A DNA stretch of 64,000 bases from Octopus vulgaris (taxonomy: Eukaryota), in assembly GCA_951406725.2 (NCBI GenBank), contig OX597825.1, positions 42,718,001-42,782,000 of the forward strand. Reading direction: 5' to 3'. Position numbers and translations under genes: made by a program. Positions within the stretch are counted from its first letter, which is position 1. Each line of letters begins with the position of its first letter. The notes beneath the pieces are model-generated. The model saw only the letters and a program-made list of their open reading frames with translations. It was not told the origin of the DNA and did no database searches. Positions 22,136-36,619 of this stretch are shown here, one piece after another.

Positions 22136-22289
22136 TATATGGAAAACAAAAATAATCAGCTACATTGTTAAAACATTAAAGACTGCAACATCTACATTGG
22201 GAATAATAAGTGAGAACAGAGAGAAAATTAAGCCAAGTTCTCCAAAGGTTACTCTGCTAATTGATGGAAACTTTTTTCCTTTGATCTAA

Positions 22290-23640
22290 GCTGGGAAACT
22301 GCACCAGGTTCCGGTCTGATTTGTCATGGTTTCTACGGTTGGATATTGTATACTCCAAGAGTGTAGTGGGTGCTTTTTACGTGCCACTGGCATGGGTACT
22401 AGTTACATCACAACAGCATCGGCTATGACTATGATTTCATTTGGCTTCACATGTCTTCTCAAGCATGTTATATCACAAAAGGTTTTGGACACTTGTCACA
22501 GCCTCCATTAGGCCCAATGTTCAAATGGTGTTTCTTACATGCAACCAGCATGGGTGCCAGTTATGCCACACTGGCTTCGGCCATGACCATGATTTCACTT
22601 GGCTTGATGGGTCTTCTCAAGCATGACATATCACCAAAGGTCTTGGTTTCTTGTCATTGCCTCCATGACGCCCAACATTCAAAGATCATGTTCCACCACC
22701 TTGTTCCATGTCTTCCTGGATCTACTTCTTCCACAGGTTCCCTCCACCATTAGAATTCAACACTTCTTTACACAGCTGTCCTTGTCCATATGCATTACAT
22801 GACCATATCAGTGCAGTTGTCTCTCTTGCAAACAACATCTGATGCCTCTTCATTTCTTGCTTCATTTCTTTCAAGCCTATGCATGTCCTTGGCAGTCACA
22901 GCCCATGTTTAACTGCCATGTGTAGCATGGCTGTTCACACACCAGCATCATACAATCTGCCTTTCACTCTGAGAGAGACAGGCACTTTGTTACCAATAGA
23001 AGTTGGAACTCTAAACTTTGCCCAGCCTATTCTTATTCTAGCAGCTTATGCTCTCGAAGTGTCCACCCTTGCTACTGACTTTGTCACCTAGGTAACAGAA
23101 GCTATCAACAGCTTCTAGTTTCCCCTCCTGGCATTTGATGGAGTCTATTTTCTGTACATTTGTAGTGTTTATTGTACCTGTGCACCTTCCACACACAAAA
23201 ACAAGTTTCTCTGTTAAACTTCTTCTAATATTGCTGCACCTCTTACGTGTCTATAGCTTACACTGGATATATTTTATAGAGTTTCTACCTATGTCTTTTC
23301 TGCAGATCAAGCATGGCCAACTACCTGAAGGGATTTGTGATTTGTCTGCTCTCCTACTTACCAACTATTTGGTTTTTGCTAGATTAACTCTAAGGCCCTT
23401 TGATTCTAGACCTTGCTTTTACATCAGAAATTTCTTTTCTAATTCTGGTAGTGATTCAGCTATAAGAACAAGGTCACCAACACAGAGGAGCTCTCTGGGG
23501 CAGCCCATCTTAAATTTCTCTGTTATTGTCTGGAAGACTATGATGAACAGGAGGGGGCTGAGGACTGATCCCTGATGAACCCCCCACTTATACCCTAAAT
23601 TCATCACTGTACTCATTGCTAACCTCTACTTTACTAACAG
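22290..23640 (-). mobile_element. RTE-clade LINE 3' fragment, decayed
   Basis: GVHQGSVLSPLLFIIV and ELLCVGDL (decayed YADD); homologous to 54990-56410. Confidence 0.85.
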
Positions 23641-23869
23641 AATTAATTTGTTATTATTGCTCTGTACTCAACTGACACATTTTTTCTGAAGCATATTCAT
23701 ATTGAGTTATTAGTGTAGTTATGCCTAATCAAAAGGAAATTTTACTCTACAACAAACCAACAACCAAAGTGCTAATGACTTCATTAGAAGAATGAAATAG
23801 CACAAATATCACTTTGATAAAAGGAAGTTAGACATCAACAAAATATCTTCAATTCCTATGCAAACTCTC

Positions 23870-24640
23870 CACACAACCCCTTACTTGATAACTTTGAAAA
23901 GGTACTGGTTAGAAATATAAAATTTAAGAATTATACTTTTGAATTACAGATGGAACTTTCAGCTCAAATAATTGATACAAGAAACTCACATGTCTACTTG
24001 GACAAAGCTGGAATCTTTACCATCTTGATACCATTACTTGTAAATGGTTCATCTTAAAGGAATTACAAAAACAAAAAAAAAGGAAAATTACTAAGGAAGA
24101 ACTAAAGAAAATAAATAAAAATGTTTGTCAAATATTTAGAAATCTTACCATTTTCATCCCAAATGCTCCTGGTTCTAGTTAAAAAAACACTAACCTCCTT
24201 GAATTCTACCTAGAGTGCAATATTAAGATCTAATTTCCCTATATTGGAGGATTCTACAAGGATGACTGCCTTATTGTGGAAGGTTATATTTCATCACAGT
24301 TGGAACATATCCATAAAAACCTTAGAAGATTATTTAAGAAATATGATTCCTTGCTCACTTTTGAAACTAATATAAAAATTGTCAACTTCCTAGATGTAAC
24401 TTTAGAAATTCCATCAAGTTTACATTACCCTTACCATAAGCCCAAGGAAAAGTGAACTGTGTCCACTCAGAACCCAATAATCTTAGATCGATGACCAAAT
24501 GGACAGTGAAAAGTGTGTCTATTTGGGTTTCTAAGTTATCACCAAATAATCAAATTTTTGACAACATAGTGGGCTATTACAATGAGGCTCTCAACAGAAG
24601 TGGCTATAATGGAAAGATAACATATATATCAAACTAAAGG
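23870..24640 (+). mobile_element. Highly decayed Penelope-like RT remnant
   Basis: Translatable patches GGFYKDD, VNFLDVTL, YPYHKP, YNEALNRSGY resemble PLE RT/thumb motifs. Confidence 0.55.
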
Positions 24641-25037
24641 CTCCTAAATAACACTAGAATTGCACATTGTGAAAGTGTGGACAAAGCAACAAGTAAATTT
24701 TTGGCACCTAAAGACACAAAACCATTTTATAGGAACTTAGTCAGCTTTAAAACTCAAGATTTCAGTCTACTACAAATTCTATTCGTAATAACATTACCAA
24801 CATTTCCATTACCTACACTTCAAATTTAACCACATTGCCAACATGCTACCCAAATGCACACTAGTTATCTCTGTTTTATTTTCTACATTTTTATTGCATC
24901 CAAACCCCCACTCAAATGGAATATTCTTTGAATCCACATTACAAGTTCAGCTGCAATCTTCCATTTCTTGTTTTATTGTTTCTTTGGCTTAATTAAGAAT
25001 ATTATCACTACTGCCAGCAACCTCACTTTTCTAAGCA

Positions 25038-25072
<35 letters not shown>

Positions 25073-25394
25073 CACATATTTCATATAAACATATATATTC
25101 ATGCACACACACACACAAACACACACACACACTCTCTCTCTCTCCTCTTTCACTGTATAATATTATATTATACATATATTATATAATTATATATATTATT
25201 GTATTAAACTCTCAGATTTTCTCAAATTTTGAAGGTAAAGAACACTTTTGGCAAAATACTACTTTAATTTCTGTTTGGTATTTTGTGAATAGTTTTCAAG
25301 TGCTACAAATTCCCACTGATCAATCTTTAACTGCTGAAATGTTTTCAACTCGATGCCACAATAAAATAATGATATTATGTGTATTTTATTGAGG

Positions 25395-25680
25395 AAAGGT
25401 AAGGTTGGCCTCAGTTACATTTGAAACCAAAGCGTAAAGTGAGAAGAAATACTGCTAAGCATTGTGTTTAACATGCTAACGATTCTACCAACTTGATGCC
25501 TCACTGAATTCAAATAAATTTTTCTATTATAGGCACAAGGCCTAAGATTTTGTGGGAAGGGGCTAGTCAGTCATATAAACCCCAGTGCTTAAAATGTATT
25601 TATTTTATTGGTTTTCAAGGGATGAAATGCAAAGTCGCCCGTGACAGAATTCAGAGTGTAAAGATGGATGAAAGGTTGTT
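25395..25680 (-). mobile_element. Decayed SINE copies of the family seen at 36096-36530
   Basis: ttctattataggcacaaggcct is the reverse complement of that family's 3' end; similar internal segments. Confidence 0.5.
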
Positions 25681-27475
25681 ACTATATTCTAATAGTAATA
25701 CATATTTGAATACCCACTTAACAACAGCAACACACTGTTACCTTCAGCTGTAATGCCACAAAGCTAACCATGAAGACAGAAACAATAAGCAAAGTATTAG
25801 AACTGATCAGTCAATCAATATGGATAAGGAAAGCACATCTCCATGCTAGGTTTGAGGTAGAATATTCAGAAAGTAATGTTCAATATCTATCACCCTTTCA
25901 AGAAAATCTTTACAGAAAATTAAACCTGTAACTTCAACATATTCAAATAAACTAAATTACTTAGTAGCTACTGTCATTATAAGAGAAACTCAATCCAGAT
26001 CTAGAAGTCCAAAAATATTGAATAAATTGTAAGTTGCAAGTCAAAAGATACAAAGTTCTACTCTAAATGAAAAACAAAATCTTATATTAAAAAGATGAAA
26101 CAAATATTACAAAAGTATTCAAAAAGAGGAAGAAATCCAAGATGTGAAACACAAAAAGCACCAGCAACAAACAACAGTTTCTAGTAAAGACATACCATGA
26201 AAAAATGCAAAGACTGCTTTACAACTTATATTTATTTCAGCTGCATGATTGTTGATAGTCATGAATCATGCAACAGAAATAAATATAACTTCCTTGCTAT
26301 GTCTATACATACTTAGAGGTTCCCTTTTGATTCATAAATAACATAGTAAATTTCTGAGATTATATCAATCATGTTATGTCAAACTGAAAAACTTTAATAA
26401 CACTGCAAGATAAAATGATAATAAAAACAGGCCTTAGTTCTATAAAAGAAGTAATTTCTTAAGTAATATTACACTGCATTTTTTTCTAACAAGACTGTTG
26501 AATCAACTCAACAATGGTTATAGCACACTATAAACTATCTCCTCTATATGGTTGACTTGAAATATATAAAAGACAAGACACTGCTAGAGAATTTATTGAA
26601 CACTATTCATGAATTCAATGCTGGTGGCGAATATTCTGATAGCTAGTCTAAGATGGGGCAAATTAATTAAAACACAAAATATTAGGTTAAACTGTGAAAT
26701 CAAAGAACCCATTATGCAAATTCTTCAGAATAGAGGAAACTGATAAAATATAGCATACATAAATTAAAGAAATATTTACAAAAGAGTCTTTACTCTTTAA
26801 TTGATTTTCTTGGCCTGCTACCATGCTGGAGCACTATCATTAACAATTTTAGTTGATAAAGTAAACAAATATTAAAAACCAAACTAAATGCTGGAAATAT
26901 AATTAAGGATATTCATATGTTAAGTGTACAGGATGATGAAGCTGAAACTTATTCAGAGTATCAAAGCATTTAAGTAACTTAAGTACACATGACAGTCAAT
27001 TCATTTGCAATCCCCAGCTGCCAGTGGACTGGCAGTAAGTGGACTGGAACAATGTGAAATGAAGTGCTTTGTAAAAGCGTCTTCACAATTAAAGATTTAA
27101 ATACATCAGTAAACTAAACATAAATTACTGTACAAATGTAATATATTAAAAGTTAACTGAATAGTTTAAACAGACAAGACATTCCAACAGATGGCATGGT
27201 TGCATTATGTCTACATTGTGGTAGATATTGATACAAATAGTGAATATTATATAAAACAAGTGTTGTGAATCTTTAAAGTACTTAAAATAATTAACTCAAT
27301 AAATGGTCATTGAAAAAAAAACTTTCTCTCTATAAGGTGTATAATAAAAGTGAAGTACTTTTATGTGGAAGAAAATACTTCAAAAACCAAAAGTTTTGTA
27401 CAACCCACATTACAAAAGCAGTGATGCGACAACTACTCTTCCTGCTCAGAGTTGATAAATCTTGTGTATATAGAT

Positions 27476-27885
27476 GCACATGTGGCTGTGTGGTAAGAAG
27501 CTTACTTCCCAAACACATGGTTCTGTGTTCAGTCTCACTACATGGCACCTTGGGCGAGTGTCTTCTACTATAGCTTCAAGTCAACCAAAGCATTGTCAGT
27601 GGATTTAGTAGACAGTAACTGAAAGAAGCCCATTGTGTGTGTGTATATATATATATATATATGTGTGTATGTGTGTGTTTGTGTCAGTGTTTGTCTCCCC
27701 ACATCACGTGACAACCGATGTTGGTGTGTTTACATCCTTGTAACTTAGTGGTTCAGCAAAAGATACCAATAAGATAAGTACTAGGCTTACAAAGAATAAT
27801 TCCTGGGGTCAGTTTCTTCAACTAAAAACCATTAAGGCAGTGTTTCAGCATGGCCGCAGTCAAATAAATGATTGATAAAAAAAGA
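27476..27885 (+). mobile_element. tRNA-derived SINE with internal (TG/TA)n and LINE-like 3' tail
   Basis: A-box tggctgtgtggt, decayed B-box gttcagtc, tail cagcatggccgcagtcaaa; partial copies at 57158-57380 and 61076-61230. Confidence 0.8.
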
Positions 27886-27920
27886 ATTCATATATATATA
27901 TATATATATATATAAATATA

Positions 27921-28226
27921 TCACGTGATCACGTGACCGACCAGACCATCAGATGTTGTTACACATCGCTGGTCACAATGCATTCGCATTGTTTTAGCCT
28001 TCAAATGAGGCCACCCCGTTGGCTAAGCGAGCAGGCCAACAGAAGAAAGAGTGGGAAAAAGAGTGGTGAAAGAGTACAGCAGGGATCACCACCCACTGCC
28101 GGAGCCTCGTGGACCTTTTGGGTGTTTTCGCTCAATAAACACTCACAATGCCCGGTCTGGGAGTCGATACCGCGATCCTGCGACCGCGAGTCCGCTGCCC
28201 TAACCACTAGGCCATTGCGCTTCCAC
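27921..28226 (-). mobile_element. tRNA-derived SINE (second family)
   Basis: Minus strand A-box tggcctagtgg and B-box ggtatcgactcc; tail (cacgtgat)2; TA repeats on both sides. Confidence 0.8.
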
Positions 28227-28250
28227 ATATATATATATATATATATATAT

Positions 28251-29200
<950 letters not shown>

Positions 29201-29283
29201 ATTTATATGTATATATATATATTTATATGTATATATATATATTTATATGTATATATATATATTTATATGTATAAATATATATT

Positions 29284-29321
<38 letters not shown>

Positions 29322-29495
29322 TATATATATGTATATATTGGCAGGGCTGGCCTGCTAGGTAGCCGGCCAGAATGCTAGAAATAGATCATAAACGATCAAA
29401 CTACAAGGGAAATTCTCTAGAGGAAGAATTCAGCGAACACCAGAACCAAATTTGGCGGGCAGGACATATGAAAAATTAAATAAAAAACAGACTTA

Positions 29496-29571
29496 AATGC
29501 ATACCTCGGTTTCGGTCTTAACAAAAGAACTACTTGCACAATTCAAGTGTCCGTGACTTCTTCAGTACATT
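29496..29571 (-). ncRNA. Type I hammerhead ribozyme motif (inverted copy)
   Basis: Reverse complement of 29779-29854. Confidence 0.8.
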
Positions 29572-29778
29572 TTTAAATATTTAAATAAATACGTTCCCTA
29601 GCAGTAAGCTTTACCCGCAGTGAATTATTCACTGCAGCCCTTCGCTTCAGGAGTCTCTTAGCGCGCCGGAACCAAGACATTTGAAATTTTATTCCCGATG
29701 TAATCAGTAAGACTAAGCACGTGTCTGTCTTGACACAGAGAGCTGGGGTTAGTCTTGCGGTTTGCATCTCGAGGACCG

Positions 29779-29854
29779 AATGTACTGAAGAAGTCACGGA
29801 CACTTGAATTGTGCAAGTAGTTCTTTTGTTAAGACCGAAACCGAGGTATGCATT
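29779..29854 (+). ncRNA. Type I hammerhead ribozyme motif
   Basis: Stem I aatgta/tgcatt, CTGAAGA, stem II (a)gtc/gac(c), GAAA, stem III acc-ga-ggt, GTA. Confidence 0.8.
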
Positions 29855-30143
29855 TAAGTCTGTTTTTTATTTAATTTTTCATATGTCCTGCCCGCCAAAT
29901 TTGGTTCTGGTGTTCGCTGAATTCTTCCTCTAGAGAATTTCCCTTGTAGTTTGATCGTTTATGATCTATTTCTAGCATTCTGGCCGGCTACCTAGCAGGC
30001 CAGCCCTGCCAATATACACATATATTTGAATTTTCTCTGACTCCTCAGATTTTTTGAATGCTGGACTACTGGTTTTAAATTGATATTAAAATTAATATTA
30101 ATTTATCTCCCTCAATTTTTATATATTTATATATATATATATT

Positions 30144-30180
<37 letters not shown>

Positions 30181-30189
30181 ATTTATATA

Positions 30190-30937
30190 CTTTGATACTT
30201 TGATACTTTGATAGGTTTCGGCCATTATTGGCCCAGGCCATGTCTAACTTAATAGCACCACCTGGTGAAGTCTTTCAAGTCAGAATTTGGGCACTATGGC
30301 CCACTCAAGTAGAGAGTTATTGTTTACAGAGACATATCCGGGTGTAGGGGGTTTATCCGGGATTTCTTGAAGGAATCTGTCCAAAGACTTCTTGAACCCT
30401 ATAGGGTCAGTTTCTGTTTTAATGTGTTTTGGTGTAATGTTAAAGAGAGCGGGGCCAATTGAGGTGAAATAATTGTGCCGTATTGTTGTTATGAGATGAG
30501 AGTGTGATTTTTGTCTTGGACGGATGGCACGGGGCCCAAGCCTTGGATATTCCTTAAAGGTGATGCCAACATCATTTGGGCAATGCTGATGGAATATTTT
30601 CCACATCATGCAGATGATGTAGCGCTCACGACGACGTTGGAGAGAATAGAGTTTTAGCTTTTCTAGTCGACCCCAATAGTCGAGGCCTGTCATGCCATCT
30701 ATCTTTTTTGTGATTGCCCTTTGAGGTGCTTCAACTTTTATGATACCTTGTATTGTGTGGGGAGACCACAGTGGACAACAGTATTCAAGGTGGGGTCGGG
30801 CAAAAGTGGAGAAGAGAAGGATAATGGTGTGGATATCTCTCGACGGGAAAGTTCTGAGAATGGATATCTCTCGACTGGAAAGTTCTGAGAATGATATCTC
30901 TCGACTGGAAAGTTCTGAGAATGATATCTCTCGACTG
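30190..30937 (-). mobile_element. 3' fragment of a second CR1/L2-group LINE with (ATCAAAGT)n tail
   Basis: LEYCCPLWSP...YWGRLEKLKLYSLQRRRERY...FKKSLDRFL..IPDKP is homologous to the C-terminus of the 12691 LINE; TA flanks. Confidence 0.85.
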
Positions 30938-30970
30938 ATATTTATATATATATATATTTATATATATATA

Positions 30971-31021
<51 letters not shown>

Positions 31022-31151
31022 ATATATATTATATATATATATATTTATAATATATATTATATTATATTATATACATTATATTATATATATATATAATATA
31101 TAATATATATATATATATTATATTATAAAATTTATAATATATATTAATAAT

Positions 31152-31230
31152 CCTATCAGGTGGTGCTATTAAGTTAGACATGGCCTGGACCAATCTTTGG
31201 TCGTAACATATCTAAGTTTATCTAAGTTTA
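31152..31230 (+). mobile_element. Very short 3' stub of a LINE related to 30190-30937
   Basis: caggtggtgctattaagttagacatggcctgg matches the reverse complement of 30233-30264; tail (atctaagttt)2. Confidence 0.7.
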
Positions 31231-31244
31231 TATATATATATATT

Positions 31245-31382
<138 letters not shown>

Positions 31383-31389
31383 ATTTATA

Positions 31390-31470
<81 letters not shown>

Positions 31471-31483
31471 TTATATATATATA

Positions 31484-31656
<173 letters not shown>

Positions 31657-31687
31657 TTATATATATATTTGTATTTATATATATATT

Positions 31688-31724
<37 letters not shown>

Positions 31725-31735
31725 TTATATATATA

Positions 31736-31965
31736 TGATTTTGATTGATTTTGATCTTTCCAGTTTCAGCTAATGAGCTGTGGCCATGCTGGGGCACCGC
31801 CATTTGGTTTGCTATATGATTTTACCTCACGGATGCTTTTTAGTAAACGCCATCTGATGCATGAGAGAGTTCGATGCAGCTGCCCTCATCTGCACCTCCT
31901 GCCGTGAAGTTGATTCATCCGGGACACCTGACAGGAAGAGATCCAGTCCTACTTTAAAGACATCT
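31736..31965 (-). mobile_element. 3' stub of the 12691-15289 LINE family
   Basis: Reverse complement similar to 15062-15289, including the tail. Confidence 0.85.
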
Positions 31966-33009
31966 TTCTCTAACAAAATCATAAATAGATAGCAATAAAT
32001 AAATCATTAATAAATGATATCCTTATAGGATAGCACGTCTCTAAAGCTTTTGGTCAGGAGATTGCTTTCACTTGCATCAACCACTCTCATTTTCTAGATG
32101 GAGATATTATTTTGCTGAAATTCAGAGTGGCCAACAAAAGAAGTAGCCTGATTACTGAACTATTGTGTAAATTACAGAAATAAATTTACTCTTATGATAA
32201 AGTTCCACCCTTTCCTTTGCAAGTGTTACTGTGTTATTTTGACTGCTTGTAACTGTTGACCAGGGCGTAAATTTATTTCTATATCTACTCTATACTATAA
32301 AATCTAGGCTACTTTTCCATGCATCACTCAATATTTGGTTGCATGTGGATATGAAATGTAAGTATTTACCCAGAAATATGGGGCTTTTATCAACCTCAGA
32401 TGGCTTTTAAATGCCTTTTTCTCCCTATAGTGTCCATTATATTTTCCTGTATGATATCTCTCCGTTCTTGCAACTCCAATTTTGATAATTCTAATGTTTT
32501 ATAGATGAATTCAATTTATCAGTTTTTTTACTCCTCATATTTCATTTCAAAATGTTTCTGCTTTTTGTTTCCCTGTAAATGTTTTGTTTTATTTTATGTG
32601 GCTTGTATTATTTCAGGAAACCTCTCTTTTTCTCTAGGATTCAGCTGCATGGTTAATATTTCTTTTGTGTTTTCAAATTCAATTTTATTTTAAAATTTAA
32701 ACATCTGTGTAAATCTGAGTCTTTTGGTCTTGCTCTCTTTGGTATCTCACTTATTCTAACTGCATCCATTTTCTTGCGATTTATATCCTTCTGATTAATA
32801 TTTTTCAAATGATGTGTGTTGTAAGTTTTCAAGAATTCTTCCTGCTACTCTTGGTGCTACACACTGTAAATTGTATCATTTTCTTTCAATTATTTGTTTT
32901 GTTATTTCTAATGCATTGAGAGTTTGTTTGATTAAGGTTCCACCTGTAATACCATATGGCATGTTAGCATGGACCTCCTACTTCAGATATACAAATAAAC
33001 TTTAACTCT

Positions 33010-33570
33010 TTTGTATGTGTTGTCTGTGCAAAATCAGCAACATAAAATGGCAAGATAGGATATCAAATGTCAAAATCTTAGAAAAGTATGATATCTTCAG
33101 TAGGTGAATAAGACAAGTTGTTTGAATGCAAGATGATTACATTCCAAAGATTCTGTTGTGTGGTCATCTAGCAGAGGGATTCTGTGGTAAAGGAAGGCCC
33201 ATCCTTAGGTGTACGGATAAGTTGAAATGATCACTAAAATCCTTACAACTTAGTTTAACTTCCTGTGTAAGTTATTGCCAAGCTGAGTCTGAGTAGTGTA
33301 AAATGTGTCCTGTTGCATCTAAACAACCTAATTTGAAGAAGCAGAACTATAAAATGATTATATCCTGCAACCAACCAACACAGCTGTCCAATCCCAGGGA
33401 AAACCAAAATCATCATCATCCCTGTTGTGACATCAAAGCAAAATCTACACCTGGACTCAAATTACATTCATATGTCTATTACAAATACATGCAGCTTCTA
33501 TCAATTTTAATTCCATCTTCTTTTTTTTAATACTTTCCTTTGAACACTCATTCATCAGAATTGATAGGAG
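33010..33570 (+). mobile_element. Old RTE-type LINE 3' remnant
   Basis: Patches IKWQDRISNVKILEK and MQDDYIPKILLCGHLAEG...GRP. Confidence 0.5.
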
Positions 33571-33589
33571 TGGCCATCATTACAGTATC

Positions 33590-33793
33590 AAGCTATCAAA
33601 ATCTTTAGCGTGCCTGACAAAATGTTTTGTGGCATTTTTTCTGACTAGTTGCAATTTCAGTTCAAGTCCCACCAAGTTCGCTTTTTGTCCACAAAGGGTT
33701 GATGAAATTAGTACAAGTTGAGTTCTGAAGTTGATATAACCAGTTATACCCATACCCATCCAAATTTCAAACCTTGTTTCCTTGGTAAAAAAG

Positions 33794-33873
<80 letters not shown>
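33590..33873 (+). mobile_element. Decayed SINE ending in long (TTA)n
   Basis: Similar to 36096-36320; (tta)n at 33795-33873. Confidence 0.55.
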
Positions 33874-33876
<3 letters not shown>

Positions 33877-34239
33877 ACATTTGATAGTTTCAAATTTCTT
33901 CTGCATCACATGATACAACTTTGTGTTGCTGGTGTGTGTGCAGCATTTTGTGGGTTTTTTTTTAATGCTGTAGGGGGTGTGCAAACTCTTCCCAGTATTG
34001 TATTGCATTAGTTTATCTTGGTATGGAGCCTCGCAGTAGTCGTTCATTGTATTAGTGTTTGTACACTGGGCTATAAATGTAACACAAGTTATGTTCTGTT
34101 GGATTTCCAGCTTATAGAGTACACAGGGTGGTGTTTGTTTATTTTATTGGATATTTACCGTATAGAGTATGTCTTGTGTATGTGGATCATTTTCTTCTCT
34201 CTCTTCTTATCCTTATTCTTATTATTCAGTTTGACTCAG

Positions 34240-36027
34240 GTTTGGTGTTTTGCCTGGTAGAATTTATGTTTGTAGCAGGTTACTACCTGTAACCTTAGAT
34301 AACCGCAAGCTTTCAATAATCTTTCAAGTTTTTAAAACCCTCCTGATAATCTTTCCTGCTCCTAAAAGTCAAGCTTTCTGGAGAAGCTCTACAAGATATT
34401 CCATTCCAACCTCCTTCAACCATATGCCTATATCATTATTCATAGTTTCTAATGCACCAATTATTACAGGCACAACCTTTACAATTTTGATATTCCAAAT
34501 TCTCACAGATTCAAATTTTAAGGGATTGCATTTAAAAAAATTTTCTTCTTTCTTTACAATCCTGGTATCAAACAGACATGATGGGTAAATTAGTAAGGAA
34601 TTTCACTTTGTTTATTATTGTTAAATCTAGTTTATTATTTTCTAGCTTCCTATTAGTTTAAATTGAGAAATTCCATAATATCTTGCATTTCTCCAACTGA
34701 AACACTCTTTCAACACTATGTTCGTACCAAGTACTTCCAGCTTCAAATTGCCATTTCTGACAAAACTTCCAGTGCAAAACTTTTACAATCTGTGGTCATT
34801 GTTTCATCTCAAATTTCACACATCTACATTTTGCTGACACCCCATACACTTATTTTTCTCAACTTGCTGTTTCTTTCTTCAATTGCCCTTTTTTCAACCA
34901 AGCCCAGGCTTTTGTTCCACATATGTCTTCAGTGGCTTTCCAAAACTAATAGTGCAAAAAAAAAACAAACTCTTCAGCCAGTAATCTGAATCAGATCCTT
35001 TCCAATATGCTACTTATTTAAATTTCAATCTCACTGAATACAGAACAATTCTAATGTGCTTTTGTCTCGGTACAGTGTTACTAGTTGTCTCTCCACCTGC
35101 TTCTCAATCATTGTTGGAATTTTATTTTGCCTATTTCCTTTCTATTTAGTTTATTTGAATATTTACTTTGTAACATTTTTCCTTGCCATCATTTTATCAT
35201 AGCAGTTCCAGTTTTTGCCTTTTTGTAGTTCCAGTTTTAGCTTGGATATTAATTCCTTTACAGAGTTTATTGTTTCTTCTTTTTCTTCATATTTGTCAGA
35301 TATTATGACCTCTTTCAGGTATTTTTTGGCTTCCTTGAAAACTGGAAACAGTTTTTTGTTTTGCTCATGCTTTGTAGCAATTACCACCGGTTAGGTATTT
35401 TTGTAGTTTTATGGGGAGTATTTTATAGTAATTTTCTAGTTGTATAAGGCTTCTATCTCCTTCAATTCATTGTATACATAACCTTTCAATGTCAGATTTT
35501 GGGTGGTGCATTCTAAATTCGTCATTCTTTTTCCTGTTCCCCTATCTAATTTGGCTAGTTCTTTTAGTGTCCAATTAAGAATACTGTAATTGTGACTTAT
35601 AACTGGACAGCTAGAGTATTGATACCTATTATCTTATTTTTCACTTTGAGTACTGTTCTAAGTATTAATCTAACTTGTCTATAATATTTCTTCCTCATAT
35701 TCTCTTTGATTTTTGTGTTGTACTGTATCTACTTCATTGATTTCTAAGTATTTGTATGTCTGGGTTTGGTTTAGTACTCTTATTTCATTTTCTTCATCTA
35801 GTGTGATATTGTTATTCTTAACTAGCTTTCCTCTTTTCAAGGTTGCTTTGACACATTTTCCAAAGCTGAATTTCATGTTTAATCCTTTGGTAAATCCAAT
35901 GTTTCTCAGTTTTATCATTTGCAGCATACAGCTTGATATCCTACACATACAAGAGATGGTTGATTGTTTTTTCACGTTGTATCCACATCCATTTTTGTTT
36001 AGCATATCAGTTGAAGGTGTCAGTGTC
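34240..36027 (-). mobile_element. R4/Dong-clade LINE remnants (REL-domain end ~34300-34630; RT ~35390-36027)
   Basis: Patches VPVIIGALET, LLQKA.LLGAGKIIRRVL, MKFSFGKC.KATLKRGK and TYKYLEI. Confidence 0.55.
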
Positions 36028-36052
36028 AGGCCTTGTGCCTATTGTAGAAAGG

Positions 36053-36091
<39 letters not shown>

Positions 36092-36095
36092 TTAT

Positions 36096-36530
36096 AAGGC
36101 AGTGAGCTAGCAAATTGTTAGCATGTTGGGCAAAATGCTTAGCAGTATTTTGTCTGTTTTCACATTCTGAGTTCAAGTTCTGACGAAGTTGACTTTGTCT
36201 TTCATCCTTTCAGAATTGATAAATTAAGTATCAGTCAAGTACTAGGGTCGATCTGATCGACTTAACCCTTCCCCACAAATTTCAGGCTTTGTGTCTATAG
36301 TTGAAATGATTATTATTATTTTATAATTTAAGTCAGTGCTCTGGCAGAATAATTAGCACACCAAGCAAAATCTGAGTGACATTTCATCCATCTTTACATT
36401 CTAAATTCAAATTCTAATGTGACCAACTTTGTCTTTCATATTTTCAGGATCGATAAAAGAAGTACAAGTTGAGTACTGAGATCATTGTAATCAACTTATC
36501 TCCTCCCCTGAAACTGCTGGCTTTGTGCCG
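36096..36530 (+). mobile_element. Two tandem SINE copies with (ATT)n tails, preceded by a 3' stub at 36028-36090
   Basis: Shared ttctgagttcaa...gactttgtctttcat...gataaa..aagtac core and ggc(c/t)ttgtg.ctat.gt.gaaa.gattattatt end. Confidence 0.65.
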
Positions 36531-36619
36531 TGCTCCAACACATAGATCTTTTATAGTTGGGTTGTGTAATTATACCTCAGCTCCTGCCTATAGGCTCAGA
36601 GGCACAACACCATACTTAG

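Larger units (their letters stand above)
29334..30118 (+). mobile_element. HHR-bearing non-coding retroelement: 238-bp inverted arm + one ~545-bp monomer
   Basis: Arms 29334-29571 / 29779-30016; plus-strand unit 29572-30118 is a circular permutation of the 3155-3695 unit; (TA)n on both sides. Confidence 0.85.

Noticed and set aside
30832-30937. 30-bp repeats as a CRISPR array
   Set aside because: Head-to-tail with no spacers; derived from LINE coding sequence.
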